The notes under the pieces: generated by a model | What the model saw: only the letters and a program-made list of their open reading frames with translations | Databases searched by the model: none | Told to the model about the DNA's origin: nothing | DNA from: Mytilus californianus | Taxonomy: Eukaryota | Assembly: GCF_021869535.1 (NCBI RefSeq) | Contig: NW_026262582.1 | Span: forward strand, 52,390,001 to 52,454,000 | Reading direction: 5' to 3' | Length of the DNA stretch: 64,000 bases | Part shown: positions 12,746-23,097 of the stretch, one piece after another | How positions within the stretch are numbered: the first letter of the stretch is position 1 | How the letters are laid out: every line of letters begins with the position of its first letter | Made by a program: the position numbers and the translations under genes

Positions 12746-13894
12746 ATGACTGAGAGTTAACTGTAGTTTTCCGTGTTGATAACCCATTGAGTTACACTTT
12801 CAGGCTAACAAATAGACTTGCAAAAGGCACCTTGTGTGGAATTTCTCAAAGCACATCTATCAAGAATTAGTATATAAGAATTAATTCTGTAATATTAGTG
12901 TCATGAATAAAAAAGACAGAAATTTGTCTATCTTTTATGTTTTAATAAATTCAAGGTAGAAAACATATTTTTATAATTCATTTAATGAGCACACATTCTT
13001 CATTTCATACACAGAATTTACTGTTTTAAAATCATCAATTCTCTTGAAATCTGAAGAAGACAGTACAAGTTCTTCAAGTCTTCAAATGCATACACATTTT
13101 TGTCACTTCCAATTCTTTGCCTTGTAGGTCCTTCATATGAAAAATACCACATTTAAGTCATACAAATGATAATCAGTTTACATCCACATAGTCTTCGAAA
13201 TAACAATTAAATATTGATTATTGTCTCATGACTGTTAAGGCTTCACTTCTAATACAATTAACTTTATTCAAAGATGAAGTCTTGACCACTGTGGTTCCTC
13301 TTCAAACAAAATAGCTTGTTGTGAACTTCTCTCAACATACTGAAAAGTAAAAAACATTTATAGTCCTAAAGTATTCTATTTGTTGGAATTTAATCAGCTT
13401 TAAATGAAACATTCATATGAAAAGTTTAATTTGTAAAATTTTGAATTGGCAAATGAACATGAAACTTTATTAAATCCCAACTGATTATTAAATAATTGCA
13501 AAATACAAGTTTTAATGTCGGATAAATGCATATTAGGGGGAGGTCATAGGGTAAACATGTATGTACATAGAAACTAAAGACAAAATAAAAATTATTTTAT
13601 AAAACAAGAGTGCACAAGCTGAAATGTCTCCCCTGTTTTACTCTATATTATTGGATTCATGTTGAATGTTAAATGTTTTACGCCGCCGCTGCCAGACTGT
13701 TATCCCTATGTCTCGCATTTTGAGTCTTTCGTTGCAGGCCTGACAAAAATTACACAATGCAATAGGTATCTGATGCCTTAAATGGCAATGAGACAGAGGA
13801 AAAGTTGATTTTCCTGTACCTGTGTATGGCAAACCGTTTTTATATTATTCAATTTCAAGTTATCTTATGAAGTTAAATATATATCTTATATTCC

Positions 13895-15180
13895 AAATGA
13901 GATATCTTATTTAATTTGTCTTTGATGTTTATAAAATATCTTAAACACTTTATAAGATACAATGTATAATCATTTAAACACAATTATCTTATATAGTTAA
14001 TAAGATATTTTGTATCTTTTTAAAGATATTATTTAAACAAATACTTTGAGATATCTTATATATTTTATGAGAAAATTTTGTATACTTCATGAGATATCTG
14101 TATAGTTCATAAGATATTTTTAAAAGTATAAAAGATATTTAATCTCTTTTATAATACCGGTATATATATATATTTTATTTAATGTACAAAGTATCTTTTA
14201 GTTTATAAGATATCTCAATAAGTTTATAAGATATCTTATTTGATATATAAGATATCTCAATAAGTTTATAAGATATCTTATTTGATATATAAGATATCTT
14301 AAATATAAAAAAAAATCTCAGTATTTAAGATATCTTTTTAACTTCAAACTAAATAAGATATCACATAAAGAATACTACTTATGTTATTATTATTATACCC
14401 CGCTTTAAAAAAGTGTTTTAAAAAAGTTGGGGTATACTGTTTTACCTCTGTCTGTCTGTCTGTCCATCCGTCCATCCGTCAGTCTGTCAGTCCGTCCGTC
14501 CCATGAATAATTTTTTTTTGGCATTTTTCTCAGGAACTACATTACAAGGATTTCTGAAATTTGGTTTCAGGGTTTATATGAGTCAGCTATACCGTGTGGT
14601 GTGTTTTCAGATTCATCACTCAACTACTTCCTGTTTACCTTATACTTTTAGCGGGCGGGGGTATCATTAGTGAGCAGTAGCTCAGATTCACTTGTTTACT
14701 TTGAAAGATATATTATTCAATTTATAAGATTTTGTTTTTAGTTTACAAGATATCTTATTTAGTTTATATCTTTTAAACAAACGAATATATAAGATATCAG
14801 TTAAGATATTAGCAAGATATCCTTTTTACTCAATAAGATATCTTAAAACCTAAAACAGATATTTCATAAACTATTGTTTGAATTATTGATTGGTGTTTAA
14901 TGCCACTTTCAGCTGTACTGTACTATTTCGTGGCGGTAAGTTTTTATTGGCGGAGGATGCCAGAGTGCTGGGAGAGTACCACTGACCTTCTGCAGGAAAA
15001 CTGACAATCTTAGTCAAGATTGGAGTCAAGCTCACCTGACATGTGATGGATTCGAACTCACAACCTCAGTGTTTACAGGCTTATGATACAGTTATTTGAG
15101 GCCCCTTTACTTAACTAAATAAGATATCTTTATAAAATGTTTAATAAGATATCTCATTCAATATATAAGATATCCTATTT
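13895..15180. repeat. Array rich in the palindrome (T)AAGATATCTT(A), interrupted by a HINE (~14388-14700) and a SINE
   Basis: Roughly twenty GATAT(C/T)-centred motifs, and a ~43-bp tandem duplication around 14205-14300. Confidence 0.7.
14890..15085 (-). mobile_element. tRNA-derived SINE (degenerate)
   Basis: B-box GTGAGTTCGAATCC on the minus strand, followed by a conserved-looking central domain and a GAAAGTGGCATTAAACACC tail. Confidence 0.6.
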
Positions 15181-15834
15181 AATTTATAAGACATCTCTTT
15201 AGTTTAAAAGACATATTATATAGTAGTTCAGTAGATTCAGTGTCCCGCCCACAACTCTTGGTGTCAGTACAAAAGTTTAATGTTGACTGACCTGGGGGGG
15301 GGGGGGTTAGGATGAAATTTGAAAAAAGGGCAGGACAGAGATTACAACTAAAAAAAATGCAGGACAAATTTTTTCATTCAAAAAAAAATCCATGGAGGTT
15401 TTTGACAATGTTATTCAAGTTTTGATATCTCTATAATCAGACTGTACCATGTCTCTGACAATGCAAACAATCCAAAGCCAATGAACCAAATGTGAGACGA
15501 AGGGCCAAATAATTTCTGTGGAGACGAGAAATGCCAATTTTAATACGACTTGATACCAAATACCATTGACTTATTATAAGTAATTCCCTCTAATCTGGAC
15601 AAAACACAAACTTTAACATATAAGCCATACAAACATTTCAAAGTCAATGAACCATGACGAGGGAACAGGACCCTATAATTTCCACAGAAATGAGATGAGC
15701 AAATGCTAATAGGATTGCATACCAAAATGCTTTAACAGAAAAGGTCTGATCTGATAAATAAAATTTGCAGAAGCTGTACTTGAGTGATCTATTATTTTTT
15801 ATATCACCTTGAATATGTATGAACTTTTGCCACA

Positions 15835-15985
15835 GCACAGTATACAAGCCACGTGGGGGCAGCTGTATAGCAAGCAATGTGGGGGCAGTTGTATAGCAAG
15901 CAATGTGGGGGCAGTGGTTGTATAGCAAGCAATGGGGGGGGGGGGGGGGGGGGGGGGGTGTATAGCAAGCAATGTGGGGGCAGCT
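15835..15985. repeat. Minisatellite GTATAGCAAGCAATGTGGGGGCAG(T/C)T, ~27-bp unit, ~5 copies, with a G-run
   Basis: Direct tandem copies visible. Confidence 0.8.
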
Positions 15986-16995
15986 GTTTAGTTGACTATA
16001 TGGTATGGGTTGGGTTCATTGTTCAAAGCAGTATAGTAACATATAGTTGCTTAAATCTGCATTATTTGGCCTGAGACTGATAGATAATTGTCTCATCATT
16101 GGCAATCATACCACATCTCTTTGATTTATGACAATAGATAAAAATCAACCAATCAAATCTCCTAACTGTAAACTTTGCTTTAAGTCTTCTCTATTGCATG
16201 ACCTCTCCTTTATACCAATTTCAAACTTTATAACTGCTTCTTCTTATGTCATGCATTGGTTATCATCATATTTCCTTTCGATGCATTTAACTTAGAAGAT
16301 TCTTCATTTGAATCAGTCGTTATTAATCATTTCCTGCAAAACATAAAAACATGAATTAGGATTAACAAGTTGGCATAGTTTTTGAAAATATTTATATAAA
16401 ATTAGATAGTTTTGGAATAATAAAAATAAACACCTCAGGTCAGTAATAACCCTACAATACAAATAGAAATAAACAGTACAAAGAAAGATAACTCTGTTCA
16501 TTTTAGATGACAATTACAGTACTCAAATATTTCCTACTGGAAAACTGTGTTTTGGACTTAAAAAATTATGTATAAAGAATGTAAAGCGTGAGAAATTTTT
16601 GAACTCATCATGAACGAATACATCTTAATATTTAACATATTAAGTTTTACCAAATATTCTACATTTTTCAGGTCATTCTATTAAAATTTATAACAACAGT
16701 GTATTAGTACACATAAAGCAAAGAGTACTGTGAGCAACATAAGCTTGCTAAAAAGTATATTATAGCCGAGCTTATAATAAGACATGTTAAGCACAAAAAC
16801 ACACAATTAAACAGAATACAAAACCTACCATGTATGAGGTACAAAGGTCCTGTACACAAAAATCTCGGGAACCTATGGTACTACATCATGTACAATATTG
16901 GAATTATCTATTTACTTTTACGTTATTACTTAATTGCTTCTTTTCACTAAAACAGAGATATTCATATAATTTGGCTTAAATACTTACAAATGATT

Positions 16996-17475
16996 ATTAG
17001 GGCCCCGCCGAATTGCGGGTCGCCCTATAGTGATCAGTCTGTCCGTCCGTCCGTCCGTAACAAATTGTGTCCGCTCTATATCTGGAGAACCGTTATAATT
17101 TCATACTTTATACTTGACATGTATATTAACCAACACCAGAGGATGTGTCATAATGTTTGTACAACTTCCTAGGTCAAAGGTTAAGGTCAAAAACTTTGGT
17201 TTCAGTTGACAACCCCATATCCTATGGTAAAGATCGTGTTCGCTCTACATCTTGAGAACCGTTACCATTTCAAAGTTTATACTTGACATGTATATTAACC
17301 AACACCAGAGGGTGCGTCATAATGTATGTACAACTTCCTAGGTCAAAGGTCAAGGTCAAAAACTTTGGTTTCAGTTGACAACCCCATGTCCTATGGTAAA
17401 GATACACATTTTTTACCACACGTTATTCACAGTGGAGCCCACAGACATGGTTCCCATCTAAATGATGTCTAGTTT
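16996..17475 (+). mobile_element. HINE copy abutting the truncated end of the Gypsy pol
   Basis: Same termini and internal duplication as 10858-11340. Confidence 0.75.
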
Positions 17476-19810
17476 AGACTGTGTCGATTACTTTATCTGA
17501 TGTTACCAATATTTCATATGCTATGTCAAAATCATATGCTGCAAGTGCTGATAACCATCTGTGGCCTGTTGCATCTAACTTCGCTGATGTAAGTACGTAA
17601 GTTAATGGGTTGTTGTCTGTTACCACATGAAATCGATGTCCATACAAGTAATCGTGGAACTTATCTGTAATGGCCCATTTTAAAGCGAGGAATTCCATCT
17701 TATGAGCAGGATAGTTTTTCTCAGCTTTGGTCAGTCCTCTGCTGGCATATGCAACTACTCTGAGTTTGGCTTCTTGCTCTTGATACAGCACAGCTCCTAG
17801 ACCTAAACCACTGGCATCTGTGTGCAACTCAAATGGGCTGTGATAATCTGGATAAGCCAATACAGGTGCTGACGCTAAACTCTGCTTAAGCTGATTGAAC
17901 GCTGTTTCTTCTTTGTCTCCCCAAGTCCAAGAGTGTTGTTCTCTTTTTTTCTTCTTTCCTGATTTTGGCTTTGGTGCTGGCATAAGATCAGTCAAGGGTC
18001 TTGCTATCTGGCTGAAGTTCCTAATAAATCTACGGTAATAACCAGCAAATCCTATAAACCGTCGAACTTCCTCCGGTGTAGTTGGAGTAGGCCAAGACAT
18101 CACTTTATTTATTTTCTCAGGGTCTGTTTCTACACCATCTTTGGATACTATGTGGCCAACATACTTTACTCTTGGCATGAAAAATGAGCATTTCCCAGGT
18201 GATAACTTCAGGTTGGCTTCCCGGATTCTATCAAATACTTGCTTCAGTCGCTTAAGATGTTCTTCATAGGAGTTGGCAAAAATAATGACATCATCAATAA
18301 AGATACAACAGATGTTCATATGGTAATCGCTGAGGCATTCTTGCATGAGGCGTTGGTAAGTAGCTGGTGAGTTTGTCAAACCGAATGGCATGCGGTTGTA
18401 CTCATACAATCCAAGCGGACCTACAGTAAATGCTGTTCTTTCCTTATGCGCTTCCAATATCTCTACTTGATGGTAACCACTTTTCATATCGATGACCGTA
18501 AAGTATGAATTCCCTGCTAAGCGATCTAAAATGTCCTCTATACGTGGCAAAGCATATGCATCTTTTTTCGTATGGTTATTAAGTTGACGAAAATCCACAC
18601 ACATTCGTAGAGAGCCATCTTTCTTCTTGACGAGTACTACGTTCGATGAATACGGACTGTGAGACTTCCTGATAATCCCTGCTCTCAACAACTGGTGAAT
18701 GTGAGCCTTTACTTCCTCATACATAGATGGTGGTATGCGTCTATATCTCTGTTTAAAAGGATGGGTATCGTCAAGTTCAATCTCATGTTGTACCAGATGT
18801 GTATGTCCAACATCAATATCACACTTAGAAAAGATGTCGCTGTATGATGTTATGAAGTTCTTTCCTCTCTCAAGTTCATCAGATGACAAGTTCTTTACAT
18901 CAATCTTTACTTGTTCCAAAAGTGGTGTGGTAAAATCTGTACTAGATAAATCAGGTTGGTCTTGAATATCTACTGGTTGTAATTCAGCAATCACTGCCTT
19001 AGGTGGAATAGTAACAGTTCTAGTTGTTATGTTGCTGATGTTCACATCTATTCTTTGGCTAATTCCATACTTGTAACTAATTAAAGATGGTGCAATATCT
19101 AAGTCATTTGGTATGACTGACTGTAATGTTTGTTGTACCATGGCTGATGTTGGATGATATGGTAAAGCTTTATCAATGTAACCAGTTATACATATGTTGG
19201 AATTCGGTGGTATGGTAATTGGTCTCTGTTCTGCATTCTTAATGACTGCCAATTGATTCTTGTTCCTTTGTAGCTCCTTCTCTCTCAAAGTTATACAGCG
19301 GAATGATGTATACCATGGTGTGGTTAACTTAGCAGACTGTAAAAATTTATTTCCATGTCGTTGACGGCAACTATCCATGATGTTTGTAAGTAAGTTGGTA
19401 CCCAGTAGGAGTGGTACAGTTGAGTTGTATTCACTGTCAGGAACAACCAAAAATATACAAGTGTGGTGTTGATCTAGCTGTTTAATATATAAATCCACTT
19501 CTATATATCCAATATAAGGTAAAGATTCACCATCTGCACTCTCAATCTTTAGTAGTTGACTGAAGGTATGTATCGGTATATGTTGAAGATGTTGGTTGTA
19601 GAATGACTTACTAACTGTAGAAATGGTTGATCCAGTGTCTAATAAAGAAGTTGATTCTATTCCTTCCAAAGTAACTTTTGTTTCAGTCGGTGAACCACAA
19701 AGTCCAGGTGGTATCTTGCTAGATGCTGTACTTCTACAAATCTGCTGTATGGGGCTGCTATCAGAACTGTCTACATCCCGCCCCTTGGCGTAGACTCCCT
19801 GGCGTTTAAA
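17474..19810 (-). CDS. Gypsy pol (aspartic protease, RT, RNase H), entered by -1 frameshift, ending before the integrase
   Basis: LLDTGS protease motif. RT motifs LRMCVDFRQLN, MPFGL and FIDD. RNase H motifs HTDASG and TDNNPL. Frame open from the slippery site to TAA at 17476-17474. Confidence 0.95.
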   Translation of the reverse strand, partial: FKRQGVYAKGRDVDSSDSSPIQQICRSTASSKIPPGLCGSPTETKVTLEGIESTSLLDTGSTISTVSKSFYNQHLQHIPIHTFSQLLKIESADGESLPYIGYIEVDLYIKQLDQHHTCIFLVVPDSEYNSTVPLLLGTNLLTNIMDSCRQRHGNKFLQSAKLTTPWYTSFRCITLREKELQRNKNQLAVIKNAEQRPITIPPNSNICITGYIDKALPYHPTSAMVQQTLQSVIPNDLDIAPSLISYKYGISQRIDVNISNITTRTVTIPPKAVIAELQPVDIQDQPDLSSTDFTTPLLEQVKIDVKNLSSDELERGKNFITSYSDIFSKCDIDVGHTHLVQHEIELDDTHPFKQRYRRIPPSMYEEVKAHIHQLLRAGIIRKSHSPYSSNVVLVKKKDGSLRMCVDFRQLNNHTKKDAYALPRIEDILDRLAGNSYFTVIDMKSGYHQVEILEAHKERTAFTVGPLGLYEYNRMPFGLTNSPATYQRLMQECLSDYHMNICCIFIDDVIIFANSYEEHLKRLKQVFDRIREANLKLSPGKCSFFMPRVKYVGHIVSKDGVETDPEKINKVMSWPTPTTPEEVRRFIGFAGYYRRFIRNFSQIARPLTDLMPAPKPKSGKKKKREQHSWTWGDKEETAFNQLKQSLASAPVLAYPDYHSPFELHTDASGLGLGAVLYQEQEAKLRVVAYASRGLTKAEKNYPAHKMEFLALKWAITDKFHDYLYGHRFHVVTDNNPLTYVLTSAKLDATGHRWLSALAAYDFDIAYEILVTSDKVIDTV
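19769..19810 (-). promoter_or_regulatory. Programmed -1 ribosomal frameshift signal
   Basis: Slippery T TTA AAC (19810-19804) in the gag frame, 8-nt spacer, stem GTCTAC-GCC...GGC-GGGAT-GTAGAC (19795-19769). A -1 shift enters the pol frame. Confidence 0.85.
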
Positions 19811-20982
19811 TGTTGAAACTGAGCTGGCTTATTGGCACATCCTCTTGCAAAATGTCCCTCTTGACCACATTTCCTACAGTATATAGGTCTCTGCCTCTCA
19901 TATGTGGGTTGCTGTCCTTCAAATGCAGGTTGCTGTTTTTCATATGCGGGTTGCTGTTTCTCATATCCTTGACCATTCCATCTACCTGTTGTATAATTAC
20001 CTTGGAAATTACCTCTTTGATTTCCTCTATAATTATTGCCTCTATAATTTCCTCTATAATTATTGCCTCTATAGTTTCCTCTATAATTATTGCCTCTATA
20101 GTTTCCTCTACTTTGTCCTTGGTACTGGTTCTGATTTTGATGTTGTTGCATACCAGTTTCAATTCTGTCTAATCTAGATGTTATTACATTCATGAATCCT
20201 GTAAAATTTTCTTCATGTTCATTATCATGATCATTATCATCATCTTCAGTATTCTTGCTGACAGCCTTCTTTGATGTTCCCTTTGTTGTAGTTTTCAATG
20301 TAGGCATATCTATGATGTTATCCTTTTCTATCCTACGTAAAGCAACGCGCAAAGAATCAAATGTTGTATACTTCTCTTTCTCGTAATGGCTAATAGCTTT
20401 CAAATTCTGGCGTAGTCCTGTCCATAGCATATCGTGCAACATTTCATCTGCTTCAGATCTTTTTACTTTGTCTGTCTGCAATGCCTTCTCTAATATATCT
20501 TCCAATCTAAAACTCCAAGCAGATACATCTTCATCTTCATGTTGGGTGGCATTGTAGAATTCTCGCATGACAGATTCCTTCTCCTCTACTACACCAAATA
20601 CGCTGTCCATCTTCTGTAATATTGCTGATAATTCTGCATGTGGACCAATACGCATCACTACTTTCCCTGCCGGATCCTTCAATGATCTCCGTACTGACTG
20701 AGTTATTAATTCCTTGCTGTGGGTTTTGTCGTTGATAAGACATACTAGTTCGTATCTCCACAAATCATATGTTACTTCTCCACTTCCTAACTTATCCTTT
20801 CCCGAAAAGTATGGTAATCTTGGTGGATTGATGTAAGTAGATGTTGGTTTTATTCCTGCTTTTACGTCAGATTTATCCTCCTTTACTAATGATGACATTA
20901 AATCCTTTATGTTCTGTGGTATTTCTGACGGTTTTTCTCCTAAGGTTTGCAGTGCCTTAGCAAGGTCCTCGAATCCACTCAT
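19771..20982 (-). CDS. Gypsy Gag, PNMA-like capsid domain, RGNNY low-complexity repeats and CCHC knuckle (403 aa)
   Basis: PRLPYFSG...YDLWRYE...RRSLK capsid pattern. CRKCGQEGHFARGC zinc knuckle. Confidence 0.93.
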   Translation of the reverse strand: MSGFEDLAKALQTLGEKPSEIPQNIKDLMSSLVKEDKSDVKAGIKPTSTYINPPRLPYFSGKDKLGSGEVTYDLWRYELVCLINDKTHSKELITQSVRRSLKDPAGKVVMRIGPHAELSAILQKMDSVFGVVEEKESVMREFYNATQHEDEDVSAWSFRLEDILEKALQTDKVKRSEADEMLHDMLWTGLRQNLKAISHYEKEKYTTFDSLRVALRRIEKDNIIDMPTLKTTTKGTSKKAVSKNTEDDDNDHDNEHEENFTGFMNVITSRLDRIETGMQQHQNQNQYQGQSRGNYRGNNYRGNYRGNNYRGNYRGNNYRGNQRGNFQGNYTTGRWNGQGYEKQQPAYEKQQPAFEGQQPTYERQRPIYCRKCGQEGHFARGCANKPAQFQHLNARESTPRGGM

Positions 20983-23088
20983 GATGACGTTGTATGTATA
21001 TATATCCTGTTCTATAAATAATTCCTAGTGTCGTACAAGAAAATGTAAGATGAGACTACAAATACCTACAATTCAAACAAACTACCACAAAGTATAAATA
21101 TGAAAACACCAACAGGTGTAAATAAGGAAATAGAAAGAAGAAAAAAAAAAAAAAAAAATTGTACTAAGTACTCAATAGACAAACACCTAAAGGTGTAAAA
21201 TAAAGAACAAAATAAATATCAGTCAAAACTGAATCAAAATCAAATGTCTGAAAAGAAAATAATAAAGTACTAATATGTATATAAAGTATCAACTAAATCA
21301 GAAAATATACTAACGAAATATAATGTATAAATAAGAAAATGTGAAATGAAAAACTCAAGTGAAGTCACCAACTATCAATTAAACTTACTATAAATCAATA
21401 AATGTGATGTAAAATAGCAAAATAGTAAGAGTTATTTCCCTTTACCAAGGAGAAATACTAAACTAATACCTGAGTAAATGAATGTATACAATGAATTACC
21501 TCCCCTGAATATGAAACTAACTGTAACAATCTACAAAAAAAAATAAAGTGTATTAGGATTATCTCCCCTGATACCAAATCAAACCAATCTACAAAAGATA
21601 TAAAAATAATATATTAATTATCTCCCCTTATAATAACCAATAAGAACAAGAAAAAAATAAATATATATAAATATACTTAGTAAGTATCAACAAATGTATA
21701 GATAATGTAGTAAGGTAAATAATATATATAACTAAAGCAATTGTATACTAAAGTGCTATATACTTAACCTTTGTCTCTCAATATACCATGTATGTATCGC
21801 TCAATGTAATATATCACATATAACCTATGTCTCGCAAAAACCTAATGTGTGACACACAATACCGTATGTCTCGCTTACCTGTTCACACACATAAAATAAA
21901 TACTATACTAATACTGCTGCACCTGAAAAGGGCTTGGGTACTTTTATTAAACACTCAACACATATAATACTATAAATTCAAATTAATCACACTGAATTAT
22001 AGCAACTCCAAGTAAAGTGTAACAAGTAACTACTAGAATAGCTTGCAAAAGCACAAGTCAGTAAAGACTAAAGTTCCAAGTTAACTATCAACTCAAGTAT
22101 GAAAAGTATAACTGTCCAATCACAATAGATCAACTAAGTGTCAGGTAGTACCAAACAGTAAAGTAGGAAAACGGATTAGTAAACTAAACTGTAACTGAAT
22201 AGGTAGGTATCACATTCTCAAAATACAAACAATCATTCACAGACACACACACACAATTATACAAAGTGCCTAACCTAATCAAATCCCTATTTATCAAACA
22301 AAGTTTAAGTTTAATAAATAAAAAAAAAAATGAAAAATAAAAAAAATGTTAACTACTATGTAAACAGTAAACCTATATTCAAGTACACATGTACTGAGAC
22401 ACAAAGTACACTAATGTCAAGGTCACACAAACAATATACAAGTAGAATAATATGATACACAAAATTAATTTACACAACACAAGGACAACACAATATTATA
22501 CACAAATATTTACTAACACATGTAATACAAATACAAGACACACACACAATATACTATGAAATGTGTTTCTTGACTGTAAACGATAACAAAGTATGTATCA
22601 GCTTTCTATTTCACTGCCTAATACTATGTTGAATATCAACAAGTCAAAGAACACTAAACATGCAAACAAACAAATGAAATTCTGTGAGCTTACTGTATAA
22701 ATCAAATTATATTACTATATATTGCTCAATGAAATGTCAAGTCAACCAAATATACAGGTATAATACAGTAAACAAGCAAATGCTATGTCTACAAATGCAG
22801 TTTTCAATTTTGGATTTCAACAGCTGATTATGTTTCAAGTTTTTACTACATGTACTTTCACACAATATATACTAAGTCAACACAAATATGTAGGGGGATA
22901 TATATTCTCACCAAATAGGTATGTCTTTCAATCACAAATAATAAATACACAATGCAAAAGCGTAGAAGTTCACATCATCACTGCAAAACTGTGTTGATTT
23001 TCTCATTTGTCCATGTGAAACAATCACTTCCGGTTCACGGTTCATTCCAGGTTACAGCTTCTGTGAGGCTCCAAACGATAAACCTTTG

Positions 23089-23097
23089 TGGGCGCCA
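23089..23097 (-). promoter_or_regulatory. Primer-binding site, probably tRNA-Lys
   Basis: TGGCGCCCA lies 2 nt after the LTR terminal CA and matches the first 9 nt of the Lys1,2 PBS. Confidence 0.75.

Noticed and set aside
12800-16995. Missing Gypsy integrase or 3' LTR beyond the HINE
   Set aside because: No HHCC, DDE or GPY/F-like frame and no second copy of the 23100 LTR end was seen.
18659-20761. Small ORFs overlapping gag and pol (18659, 18735, 19806, 19810, 19902, 20537)
   Set aside because: Shadow frames of the retroelement ORFs and of the RGNNY codon repeats.
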